Source: Narcine bancroftii
Taxonomy: Eukaryota
Reading direction: 5' to 3'
Assembly: GCF_036971445.1 (NCBI RefSeq)
Contig: NC_091481.1
Span: forward strand, 1,612,001-1,676,000
DNA length: 64,000 nucleotides
Numbering within the stretch: the first letter of the stretch is position 1; every line of letters begins with the position of its first letter. Below the pieces are notes generated by a model. It searched no databases. It was not told where the DNA came from and saw nothing but the letters and a program-made list of their open reading frames with translations. The translations under genes were made by a program, and so were the position numbers. This document shows positions 13,274 to 25,094 of the stretch, one piece after another.

Positions 13274-13350
13274 ATCCTATTTTACAAACCCAAGGAGTCT
13301 GCTCAGACACCATTGGCTCGGCCTTGGAAAGCCCAGATCATGAGGACTAA
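13274..13350 (+). CDS. DMTF1: DMTF1 last coding exon (stop TAA 13348-13350)
   Basis: ctttgcag|AT; DPILQTQGVCSDTIGSALESPDHED* vs human DPILQHHQEESNIIGSSLGSPVSED. Confidence 0.9.
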
Positions 13351-14310
13351 GGAAAGCCCCTCCCGCAGAACTGCAATGGTCAATGAGCAATGCTGCTTAT
13401 TCACTGTTGGATGAACATTGACCAAGGAATCCTAATACTTTCATGGTGCTGCCTTCAAAAGACAAAATGAGATGGTTAATAGAATTATCAATCAATTTCA
13501 AAATTTTGGGTGCATATATTTACTAAATATGACCTTGTGCCAAGAAAACTGTACATTTAATAAATACATCACCCTTCCCCCGACTGCTCTCAAAGGTTGA
13601 CAGAAGATTTAATCAGTTGAGAAGCTGAAATGGAAGAGTTTTTAAAAAAATGTTAACAGGCGAAGTTTCAAATGTTAAAATCGTCACAGCTTACATTTTG
13701 TCCTATTCTTCAAACCCAAAAAAGCCTTGAAGCACATTGGGCTGTGTAATGGGACAAAGGCTGTGACGCACGCACATTCAGCCACTGGATGCACGGTGGT
13801 TCGAATGTTCCATCCATCTTGCTGTGACCCTGGAGGATGCAAGGAATGAGATGCTGGAATATCTCATCTGGGGGATGGAGAACAAGAGCATCCTAGTTGC
13901 ACCAACCTCGAAAACAAGACGCAGTCAGTTCCCGAGATATGTCAGAAGCTGCACCTGAAGAACTCTGCACAATAGCAGAGTTCCAGTTGTGAAACCTCCA
14001 CAAGATACTCAGCATTCAACTTATTTTTATGCACAAATAAACAAAGCATAGTATGTCCAATGTATATAAATTATTTTATTACTATTTATTCTTTAAAACA
14101 AAGTAAATGCTTTTTTCCAGTTGTGTTGTCTAGTACAAGTTCAGTCTTGGTTTGGCTAGATCATTTTATTGTACAAACTCAGTAGAGCAAGTAGTTGCAT
14201 AGTGCAGTCATTCATTCATTAATTAAGACAAAATAAAAATTTGTCTTGCAGTATCTTAATTTCTACTTTGTGAAATACTTTGTTGAAACAGAATAAAGTT
14301 CCAGTGCTTT
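13351..14310 (+). other. DMTF1: DMTF1 3' UTR with candidate AATAAA signals
   Basis: AT-rich, no recognisable repeats; AATAAA at ~13559, ~14036, ~14232, ~14292; true end unknown. Confidence 0.55.
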
Positions 14311-14624
14311 ATGTAATTTTAAAAAAACTGATTTCAGGAAGAAAACACCCTTACAAAAAGAGAAATGTGTGTATTTCAAAACATTGGCAAGTCTGGAATG
14401 TTCATTTAGTGCAAAGTTTTAAAATTTACTTTAGAAAATATTTCTAGCATTCCGAAGGAGACATCCAGTTCAACGTGACCATCTGAAGCTCACTCCACCT
14501 GCACAAAACGTCGCCTTGCAGTGTGCAGACCAAAATTCACAATCTTTCTTCTAAACACGTCCTTGGTGATGCCTCCATTTTGAAGCAGGGCACAGACACA
14601 AATTCTCTCCTGAGTGCGGTGAAA

Positions 14625-14747
14625 TCATTTCCCTACATCGTGAAAGTACAGGTTGGCACAGATGCACAGCAGGCTGATGGAGACCAAATTGTAGTAGATG
14701 AGATTGCGGAATTTAGGCTCCAAATCCCCTTGGCGATACCACCAAAT
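14625..14747 (-). CDS. TMEM243: TMEM243 last coding exon
   Basis: ttttcag| IWWYRQGDLEPKFRNLIYYNLVSISLLCICANLYFHDVGK* (human IYWYRQGDLEPKFRKLIYY...ANLYFHDVGR). Confidence 0.96.
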   Translation of the reverse strand: MWWYRQGDLEPKFRNLIYYNLVSISLLCICANLYFHDVGK

Positions 14748-14869
14748 CTGAAAAATACAAATTTAGTGCAGTGACAAGAAAATTACTCCAAGTCAAAAGG
14801 TTTCTGAGGGCAGGATTTGCAAGCTTTCATTTTTATCGTCAAGAGTACATACAACCCTGAGCTTCTTTT

Positions 14870-15340
14870 CCTGTCGTAAAGTTCTGGTCTCTTTACTTGA
14901 AGAGGGATGTACTGGCCTCAGAGGTGATGTAGTGGAGGTTCACCAAGTTGATTCTAGAGATGAGGGGGTTAGCTTATGGGATCGAGTTGCCTGGGACTGT
15001 TCTTGCTGGAATTTAGAAGAAAAATTATGAAAGGCATAGATAAGGTAAGTAAATGGTTTCCTTGGGGAGGGGGGTGAAGAGAGCGAGACCAGAACTACAG
15101 GGCAGAACTTCAAGATTCAGGATGGAGATGAGGAGGGTAGTGAATCCTTGGAATTCGCTGCCCATTGAAGCAATGGAGGCGACCTCAGTAAATATATTTA
15201 AGACAAGGTTGGATAGATTTTTACATCATAGGGGAATTAAGGGAAAAAGCAGGTAGGTGGGGATGAGCCGATCATCAGACCAGCCGTGATCTCATTGAAT
15301 GACGGAACAGGCTTGACGGCCAACTCCTATTTCTTACATT
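14870..15340 (+). mobile_element. CR1-clade LINE 3' fragment
   Basis: RVVNPWNSLP...NIFKTRLDRFL and typical 3' UTR. Confidence 0.7.
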
Positions 15341-16300
15341 ATAAAGGAACTCTTGCAGAAGCTGACTGACTGTCAAGAGAGACCATTGATCTCCCCACTC
15401 TCAAACTTTTCTTCAGACTACATTAAATCTGCCTTTTCCCACCAATTTATTTTGCTGCTGTCGTATCGACCTTTCCCCACAGTTGAATTTTCATTAAGTG
15501 TAATGGGCTTCAAAATATTTGCTTTAATCATTTTGATGCCACGGGCATTTTATCTATATTTTCTTTGTGTTGGCAGCACCTCTCTCTATCTGCCCTGGTT
15601 CACTAATTTCACATCCCCTTGTTTGTTTGGAGCTGTGGACCACTGTAGCAGAGCTAAAAGGACCAAGGCTCCAAAGGTAGTCAGGTGCTGGGAGAACATC
15701 TCAGAACAGCTGCTACTGCCCATTCACCCCACAAGTTAGCTTAGCATTTCAAAATGTAATTTGAATTATTACCCATCCCTTTCCAAAATCTAAGTAAATA
15801 CAAAATGATTGACTACATTTTAAAATCCATTCAGCTTTATCACAACTGCACTTGTAAGATCTAGTTTTGAAATTTGCTATTTTATTGCTTCACTCCAATC
15901 ATTAAATTTTTGGTACAGGTTTCCTGGACCTTTACCTTAATGTATGCCTTACAAAACAGTGCTGACCACAGTTTGTGCCATTGATTCACAACAGTGCTGT
16001 CCTCATTGGCACCAAGTATATGGCAGCTCTGTCCCATTTCACAGCTCAGGTCGATTTAGCAACACTCGTACCCTTGTACAAATTTCCCTGCCTTTTCAGA
16101 TGGCCGTGTGACCAAGAATAGTTAACCACCACAAAGTCAAACAGAAGGCATCATCTCCAAATCATTTGCTCCATTTCTTTAGTGCACAATCATGTACAGA
16201 ACACACCCTTCTGCCTCCACAGGAAAGTGATCTCTAAATGTAATGTCAACGGTATTGAATTACCATTACTCAAAGGAGAGTTGAAAGTCATGATACTTAC

Positions 16301-16405
16301 AAGAACACCAATCGAGACGCAGCTCAGTAAAATGCAGAAAACAAAGAAAATATTCAGTGGCTTTGGAGGTAATTGAGGGAAAACAATCGCACTAATCACC
16401 GTTAC
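16301..16405 (-). CDS. TMEM243: TMEM243 coding exon 3
   Basis: tgtag| VTVISAIVFPQLPPKPLNIFFVFCILLSCVSIGVL |gtaagt. Confidence 0.96.
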
Positions 16406-18527
16406 CTACAAGATGAAATTAGTAAAGCAAACAATAAGATGGATTATAAGCAAGGATTGATTTGACACAAAGCAACAACATTCCAAATAAAAATATTTGA
16501 TTGTCAATGTTATCTCTTTGCCCTCCCTCCTTCCAAATCTGCCCCGGCCTGTTCAACCATACACCAACGTCAAACACCGAGTGCAGTGTCTGTAGCCCAG
16601 GGTGACAATTTTCCATTCACTTCTTTCATTTTTCCTGGTTGAGTCACCTTCACACAGATCTCAGCCAGCACCATCTCTATTTGGAAGGACTATTTGGTAT
16701 GACATACACAGTGAGTGGTTGGGCACTGAGGAGTGCAGTAGAACAGGGATCTAGGAATACAGACTCATAGTTCCCTGAAAGAAATATCACAGGTAGATAG
16801 GGTTGTAAAGAGAGCTTTTGGCATATTGGTCTTTATTACATCAAAGTATTGAGTGTGGAACAAGCTGCCATCTGAGGTAGTGAATGCAGGCTCAATTTTA
16901 ACATTGAAGAAGAATTTGGGCAGGTACATGGATGGGAGGGATAAGGACTGGGTGCAGGTCAGTAGGACAGAACAATAGTTCAGCACATACTAGAAGGGCC
17001 AAAGGGGCCTGTTTCTGTGCTGCAATGTTCAACAGCTGACTTTCAGTCTCCCTCATTTCCACTTGATCCCTAACACTTTGCTTTACTCTCTGCAACTTAA
17101 AAAGGGGTTTGATTTCTGCTGTCAGCTCTTTAGTTTGAACGTGTCTGGGCCCATAGACTCTTCCAACATGCTCAACTTCCAAAACACACACCTTGTCAAT
17201 TAAAGTTTACATAAAAAGCAAAGCTCTCTCCATCTTGAAAATGCATTGCTTACAAGACAGTTTTTTTTTGGGGGGTGGTGAATGGGGTTGGATAAAGAAG
17301 AGAATGAGATTAGAGAAGACAATTGAAAAAATTGATTGAAGTACAAGGAGAGGTTTTAAAATTAGACTCAGAGGTACCAAAAAGTTCAGCATTGAGCAAA
17401 CCAACTGTATGGAGCGGAAATGGAGTTTCAATAGTATCTCCAAGGTCAAGGTAAGAGCTGGACATCTGTGACTCTTAACATTCAGGGAGAACAGTGTGAA
17501 GAGAATAATGTACTCATCAAAAATTCAAACTCATCACATGGTGCAGAAAAGTCAAAAGGATTTGTTCCAAAAAGAAGCAACAGGGCAAGGTTGGATTAAA
17601 GATTAAAATTGCAGTTGCTCGAAATCTGAAATAAAAACAGAAGGCTGGAAGCACTCATCTGTGGAGAGAGAAGAAAAACAGTTAACACTGTGCCTCTGCA
17701 GATGAAGGGAGGAGTGGCCAGTCGACTGCACGTCTTCTTTCCTTACGGGACCGCTGGCAGAGAAGCCACTGTGGTCACCACTCGCTGGAGAAACAAAAGT
17801 TGCAGAAGGAATCTCGAGTGAACTGAAAAAAGCTGGAGGGACTCAGCAGGTCAGGCCCATCTGTGTAGAGAGATGTAAATCTTGGCAAAGGAAGCCACAT
17901 GCAGATGTTAAGGAGCAGATGAGAATCAACAGGCGTCACGATCTTTCCTTCAGTCTGGTACAGAGGTACCAATGCACAGATCAGAAACAAGCTACAGAGA
18001 ATTGTGAACTCAGCCAGCACCATCATGAGCATCTCTCCAACAAGGTCACCTTTAAGAGGTGGTGCCTCTTAACCCAGGAAGCAATCTATTTAACTTTTTT
18101 CTCTACTGCCTCCACGCATGTACACCCTTTTAAAAACACCCACATGTACTTCAGGTGTGAGCTTTTACTGAGCCCCTTGTAAAACTAAAGCAAAACTCCT
18201 TTAAAAGACCTACCCATGTTTAATTTCATCACTCTTCTAGCTCCAGAGACGAAAGATCCCAGAGAAGAAAAAGTGTTGAATTGTTTACTGTCATCTCTAC
18301 CAAGCTGTAGTGTTATGTGCGCTATCCAGGCAAGTCAATCATAAAAGAGGTCGTGGAAGCAGAAAAGCCAAACTGCAGGATAGTGTTAAAGATAGAGGTA
18401 CACATTTAAGACAAATCAAGAACAGGTTCCATTAGTGAGAGGGATCACACCACAAGCTCAGATAGAGATGCACCAGTCTAAATGGATTGGTCCTTGCAGA
18501 ATAACAGTGCTGTCCTTCTGCCCATAA

Positions 18528-19168
18528 AAGTAAAACGCGAGAGTCTGCAGACACTGTGGTTGGAGTAAAAACACGAAGCTGGAGAAACTCAGCAGCTCAG
18601 TGTACTTTATAGAGCAAAGATACACAACCAACGTTTCGAGCTTGAGCCCTTCATCAAGGTATGAGCAAAATGTCGGCAGGCACCTGAACAAAATGGTTGG
18701 GGGGAGGGGCACAAGCACGGACTCAAAACCAGGGCGTAATAGATGGATAAGGGAGGGAGGGAGGGCACACCAGCAAACAGGGGGGTGGGATGGCTCTGTG
18801 AAAAGAGAGGGAAGGGGGTGGAGAGCTGGAGGAAGAGAGGGATGGAGAAGAAGAGAGTGGGCTAGCAGAAACCGGAGAAGTCGATGTTAATGCCATCTAT
18901 AATCTGCTGTGACTGCCCAGGAGACAGAACGCTGACCCTGTTGAAGTCAACAACCAGTCATCAATGGCCACTGACACCCCAGAAGATGGAGTCCATACAC
19001 TCAGCTCCTGGGTCCATTGCAGACTCTCGCAGGTTTCCTGCCATAACAGATCATTTTTACAGTAACAGACTTGAGCAGAGCTGAGGATTCAGTGTGACAT
19101 GTTATACAAGGCAACTTCCCCACCCTGATGCTTGATCCAGCAAACTACCCTATATTCCAAAAGCTCCC
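18528..19168 (-). mobile_element. Composite Penelope-derived element, copy A
   Basis: Penelope 3' end (DGINIDFSGFC*), pyrimidine tract, hammerhead-like motif and tail, preceded by ~270 bp shared with 40263-40515. Confidence 0.7.
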
Positions 19169-19657
19169 TACACATCTGAGTTTAAGCATTTATTGTCCGA
19201 ATTCATCTACTTATCACTCTACCGGACAGAGTGGCTGCAATCATAAAGCTTTCACAGTGACCACTGCCACTACTTGTAGTACTGTCCAGTCTCTCTTGAT
19301 CTTCAGGCTATCACTGATCTTCCCTTTGCTCTCCCCTCCCCTTGCCCTTCTCTGGAAATCAAACGTTACTTTCTGTTATCCCAGTTCTGAAGAAAGGTCA
19401 TCTCCTGAAATTATCATTTTGTTTGCTCTCCCTGTGGATGTTCAAGCCTGAAACTTTGATCCTGTGTCTTTATCTTGACCTGCTGAGGTTCTCTCCCAAT
19501 AAATATGGTTTCTCTTCTTAACCAATCCATTTTGTCAATGGAGAGGATTTAGCATTTGCCTTCATTTTGCCAATTATTGCAAACAGAACATTCGTAGATG
19601 GTGCTAAAGAATCACTACTGATAGAGAGCTGCTAAGATTCAAACTCTTGGTACTTAC

Positions 19658-19708
19658 TATGAGAAACACGGCGGTGAAGACACCAAAAACAAAGTTGATA
19701 ATTCGATC
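19658..19708 (-). CDS. TMEM243: TMEM243 coding exon 2
   Basis: ctttcag| DRIINFVFGVFTAVFLI |gtaagt; 51 bp, phase 0/0. Confidence 0.93.
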
Positions 19709-20059
19709 CTGAAAGAAAATGAGAACATGAAAAATCTCAAGCTACATTCAAAGCATTTAAATTCCACTCAATATTGCTTCAATCTGTAAGCATCTGGGGG
19801 ATTTTTTTTTTGTAAATAATATTTTTCATCATTTAGAAACATACAGGAGAATAGAGAGTCATGAACCATGTGTTCCCCAACCAGAAGCCCTGGATGAATC
19901 AGAGAATTCTCAACCTGCTGAAGGCGTTTAAGGCTGGGGATTGGAAGTCCAGCTCTGAAGCAAAGTGGCAATTCCGGAGGAAGCTAGAGACAGAGACATG
20001 CCAGCTGTGGCAGTGAGTGCAGGCCTACAAAGCGAGGGCACACACTATAGATGGCTGCA

Positions 20060-21250
20060 ATGGACATAAGAAATAAGAGCAGGAGTCGGCCATCTGGCCC
20101 ATCGAGCCTCCTCCTCCATTCATTGAGATCACGGCTGATCTGATCACTGACTCAACTCCACTTACCTGCCTTTTCCCCATATCCATTAATTCCATTTTTA
20201 TGTAAAAATCTAACAGAACCTTAAATATGTTTAATGAAGTCTCCTCATCTGCTTCCCTGGATAGAGAATTCCACAGATTCACGACTTTCTGGGAAAAAAC
20301 AGTTTTCCCTCGTCTCCGTCTTAAATCTACTCCCCTGAATCTTGAGGCGGTGTCCCCTAGATCTGGTCTCACCTACGAGTGAAAACAATTTTTCTGCCTC
20401 TATCTTTTCTATCCCTCTCATAATTTTATATGTTTCTACAAGATCTCCTCTCAGTCTTCTGAATTCGTGAATCTAATCCCAGGTCAACCCCCCTCATCTC
20501 TGGGATTAACCTGGTGAACCTCCTCTGGACTGCCTCCAAGACCAGTCTATCCTTCCTCAAGTATGGAGACCAGAACTACACACAGTTCTCCAGGTGCGGC
20601 CTCACCAGGACCTTGTACAGTTGCCACATGACCTCCCTGCTCTTGAATTCAATTCCTCTTGTGATGAGGCCAACATTCCATTTGCCTTCTTAATAACCTG
20701 TTGAACCTGCAACCCAACTTTTTTGTGATTCATGCACAAGCCCTCCCAAGTCCTTCTGCACTACAACAGGCTGCAGTTTTTCACTATTTAAATAATATGC
20801 TCTCCTATTTTTCGTACCAAAATGGTTGACCTCGCATTTACTAACATTGGACTCCATCTGCCAGACCTTTACCCACTCACCTACTTTAACTATATCCTCC
20901 TGCAGCCTCTCCATATCCTCTGTCCAATTTGCTTTTCCACTCAGTTTAGTTTCATCTGCAAACTTGGCTACACGACACTCTGTTCCTCTTCCACATCATC
21001 AGCGTAAATGGTGAATACCTGCAGGCCCAACACCAACCCCTGCGACCCCCCACTTACCACTGTCTGTTAATCAGAAAAATACCCATTTATCCCATCTCTC
21101 TGCCTTCTGTCAGTTAACCAATCCTCAATCCCTGCCAGTATATTTCCCCCGACTCCATTCACCTGGATCTTATTGATAAATCTCTTGTGCGGCACCTTAT
21201 CAAACGCCTTCTGGAAATCCAAATATACAACATCAACCTGTTCCCCTCGA
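20060..21250 (-). mobile_element. CR1-clade LINE RT/3' fragment
   Basis: VDVVYLDFQKAFDKVPHKR, LQEDI...WQMESNVSKCEVNHFG, FSQKVVNLWNSL. Confidence 0.85.
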
Positions 21251-21259
21251 AGTTGCTTT

Positions 21260-22050
21260 ACTTTCTGATGAACCAAACACTTTCTATGCCTGCTTTGAGA
21301 GAAGAACCAAACAGTGTCTACTAAAACCCCTGAAAAGGCTGAGGACCCTGTGCTGCCTGAGGGTGATGTCAGAATATCATTCAGAAAGGTGACCTCGCAT
21401 GGTGTCAGGCTCTGACGGTGTACCTGGCAGGGGACTGAAAATCTGTGTCAACCAACTAGCCTGAGTGTTCACAGACATTTTCAACCTCTCGTTGCTGCAG
21501 TTAGAGGTTCCCACCTGCTTCATATGGACATTAATCATCCCGGTACCAAGAAGATCAGCGTGAGCTGCCGCAACAACTACAGTCCAGTAGCACTAACTTC
21601 TACTGTGATGAAATGCATTGAGAGGCTGGTCATGGCCAGAATTAACACGTACCTAAGCACAGATCTGGACCCACTGCAATTCACCTATCGTCACAATCGA
21701 TCCACAGCAGATGCAATATCGCTGGCTCTCCACTCAGCTCTGGACCATCTCAAAAACAACTGCATATGGCTAATCTTCATTGACGACAGCCCACCCTTCA
21801 ATACCATTATTCCCTCAGCTCTGGTCGAGAAGCTACAAACTCTCAGCCTCTGTAACCCCACTCTGCAACTGGACCCTTGACTTTCTCATTGGAAGACCTC
21901 AATCAGTATGAATTGGAATCAATATCTCCTCCTCTCTGATTATCAACACAGGTTCACCCCAAGGATACGTGCTTAACCCATTGCTCTACTCATTATACAA
22001 CCATGTCTGTGGGGCCAGGCACAATTCCAATTCCATTTACAAGTTTGCCA
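21260..22050 (+). mobile_element. Rex1/Babar-like LINE RT fragment
   Basis: [20 protein letters not shown]...[18 protein letters not shown]...FNTIIP, LNPLLYSLY. Confidence 0.85.
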
Positions 22051-22099
22051 GTCTTGCAGCATCCATGAACATGAAATATTATCAAGAAATATTATACAG

Positions 22100-22530
22100 T
22101 TTTGGGGTTGAACCAGTGATCACCCATTTCAATTCTCCATCCCATTCCCTTGCTGACACGTCTGTCCATGGTTTTGTGTACTGCCAGACTGAAAGCACCC
22201 ACAAATTGGAGGAACAACACCTCATCTACCTTCTGGGCACCCTCAATCTGGATGGCATAAACATGTCCAGTTTCTATTAGCTTCCCTCCACCCTTCCCAT
22301 CTCTCCCTATCTCTCCTTTCCTCGAACTCTCTTTCTCTTACCCCAGCTCTATATTCACAGAGCCAATTCCCACCCGCACAATCAATTCTCACCTTTCTGC
22401 TCTCCTGGCCTCCTCTCCATGTCCAATTAACACCTTGGCTCAGGCCTGAAAGGTCAGTAATATATCTTTACCCCCTATGGATGCTGCAAGATCTGCTGAG
22501 TTTCTCCAGCATTTCTGTGTGTTTCATTAC
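22100..22530 (+). mobile_element. Penelope-like element 3' fragment
   Basis: HFNSPSHSLADTSVHG...KLEEQHLIYLLGTLNLDGIN. Similar fragments at ~25980-26445, ~28420-28820, ~40855-41097, ~55640-56130. Confidence 0.8.
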
Positions 22531-23199
22531 CCGGGGATTCACTTTATAATAGAACTGGCCTTAAGGAACAGAAAATCTCTTACTGCACCCCAAGTGCATC
22601 CACATTGGATATTTTGGACACTATTTTTAAAAAAGCGACTAATTTTAGGTTTTTTTTAATGTAGAGAGTGGTGGGTGCATGGAATGGGTTGCCAGCAACG
22701 GTAGTGGAGGTGGATACGATAGGGTCTTTGGATAGGTACATGGAGCTTAGAAAAATAGAGGGCTATGGGTAAGCCCTGTAATTTCTAAGGTAGGGACATG
22801 TTCAGCACAACTTTGTGGGCCGAAGGGCCTAAATAATGCTGCAGGTTCTCTGTGTAACTTTGCAAACAAGCATTTACAAACCCGTTACAATTGTCTGACA
22901 TTCCTTCCCGACAACAGCCAAAGCAGACAAACCCATAATTTCAAACTTAAATAAACATTAAATAATAACCATCACACACTACCAAGTTCAGGAGAGAAGG
23001 GAACTTCAAACATTTATACAAAATAATCCATTAAAAGTCAACTACAAAGTTGACTAAAACATAAAGAACACAACTACCAGAATTGAACAAGGATACTCTA
23101 AAGTCCTTAGAGGGATGATCCAACACTGATCCAAGTGGAACCACAGGCAGTGAAGGCTCGAGACAGGATCCAAACAATGGACAGAGAGAAACTTCACCA

Positions 23200-23765
23200 A
23201 ACACAAAAGTCTGCCTACGGTGTGGTTAGAGTAAAAACACGATGCTGGAGAAACTCAGGAGGTCAAACTCTGTACTTTACAGAGCAAAGATGAAGATGCA
23301 GAACCAAAGTTTTGGGCTTGAGCCCCTTCATCAAGGGATGAGTGAAATATAGGCAGGTGCCCACCTGTAAATTGGAGGAATAATGCCTAATAAATTTTCC
23401 ATTTGGGACGGCATTAACAACGACTTCTCCGGTTTCTGCTAGCCCACTCTCTGTTCTCTCTCTTCCTTCCCCATCCCTTGGACTCCTTTCCTCCAGCTCT
23501 CCACTCACTTCCCTCTCCATTCACAGAGCCATCCCCTTCCCTCTGCTTGCTACTGTGCCCCCCTCCCTTCTCCACCTATTACCTCCTGCCTGTAGGACTG
23601 TGCTCCTCCCTCTGCCCCGCCCCCTCCCCCACCATTTTGTTTGTGCGCCTGCCGACATTTTGACCCAACCTTGGTGAACAGCTCAAGCCCGAAACGTTGG
23701 TCCTGCATCTTCATCTTTGCTGTATAAAGGACACAGTTTGACCTCCAGCATGGTGTTTTTACTTG
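23200..23765. mobile_element. Inverted pair of Penelope-like 3' ends
   Basis: Minus-strand tail 23200-23365 faces away from a plus-strand copy 23365-23765; each carries the hammerhead-like motif. Confidence 0.7.
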
Positions 23766-24366
23766 AGGTTCAGCTTGGAAGAGGCATTACATTTTGTGCA
23801 AAGACAAAGGATCAAGAAAAGGAAATATCAAATGGGATGGTGGAATCACACATCTTTCGCACAGGAAGTGATTCACTATATCACTGTAAACTCCAAATCA
23901 GCACCAACTCGTTCTTCGACTGACATTTGAACTTAATAAGAAATGGGGACAGTATTATTGCAGAATTTCATGTACTTTTGAACATGTTCATTCAAAGTTT
24001 TTCAGATTTTTGATCTTACTGCTTCAATCTTCCCTCCCTTTCTTGAAATACTTTGTTAGGACTCAGAATTGAAAATAATTTATCTAATTTAAAATTATTA
24101 ATATTTGAAAGTTTGAAATGAAATGTCAATTCCAAATATTACAAGATTACAAAGATTTGTTTTGTTCTCTGTTGAGAATAACTGTAAATTTTTGTGTTAG
24201 TTTCATAATCTAAAAATAAATTGTTTTGAATACAGTTCATCTTCTTTATCAAGCCCAAAAAACACTTAATAAGAATCAAAACTGTCCGTGCACCTGGTTC
24301 TGAAAATAAAAATTAATGACATAATGTGCCCTTCTTCATGGATTGTTATCAAAATTAAATACACTT

Positions 24367-24812
24367 TACCATATATACTCATGTAATAGTCCAGTTTTGT
24401 GGACCAATCTTTAGGATGAAATTTAGCTGGTCGACTACTACACACATTCTATTTTTGACCAGCGTCGTTCAAGGCGTCAGGAGCTCGGATGGCCGGGACA
24501 AGGCAGTAAGTCCACGTTCGGGGCATCGGGGGCTCCAGCGGGCGGCCAGGGCCTGGGTGAGAGATGCCGGTCGGGGCATCAGGAACTCCAGTAAGTGGGC
24601 AGGGACTAGGCGAGAGATGGTGGCCAGGGCAACAGGAGATCAGATGGGTGGGTGGCTGAGGCGGGAACTTGGATGGACAGGCAGCCGAGGCCTGGGCAAG
24701 AGACAGCAGTTGGGGTGGACGGGCAGTCAGGAACGCGATGGGGGGGTGCTCAGGGCCAAAAATAGGGAGTCGACTTTTACTCGATATCGACTATTATACA
24801 CATATATACAGC
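24367..24812. mobile_element. Non-autonomous DNA transposon (Tc1/mariner-pogo-like MITE)
   Basis: Imperfect ~25 bp TIRs: taccatatatactcatgtaatagtc ... gactattatacacatatatacagca, with internal gtcgac subrepeats. Confidence 0.6.
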
Positions 24813-25016
24813 AATCATCCGTAATGAGCTCAGGGATACATCAGATAACTGTCGACTTTCACCTGAAGAACATTATTCATTTAAAACAAATCAACCATTT
24901 CAATTAGGAACTTAATAAAAAGAAATGTAAGGTTTCCTGGTGCTTGAGTGAGTCAAATAGACTAATTTGGCCTGTGCTGGAATTGAGAGACTGGAGATCA
25001 TGACCAACCCTCTTAC

Positions 25017-25094
25017 CCTTGCTGATGTCTCTCCAAATAAGGGCCTGTTGTCTTGTCCACTTGTCCCATATGACCGCGTCCCATATTCATCCAT
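25017..25094 (-). CDS. TMEM243: TMEM243 first coding exon (ATG at 25094)
   Basis: MDEYGTRSYGTSGQDNRPLFGETSAR|gtaaga (human MEDFATRTYGTSGLDNRPLFGETSAK); the four exons give 118 aa. Confidence 0.95.

Noticed and set aside
24416-24907. 163-aa ORF with a signal-peptide-like N-terminus
   Set aside because: Lies mostly within a TIR-bounded MITE, antisense in a TMEM243 intron, with no recognisable homology.
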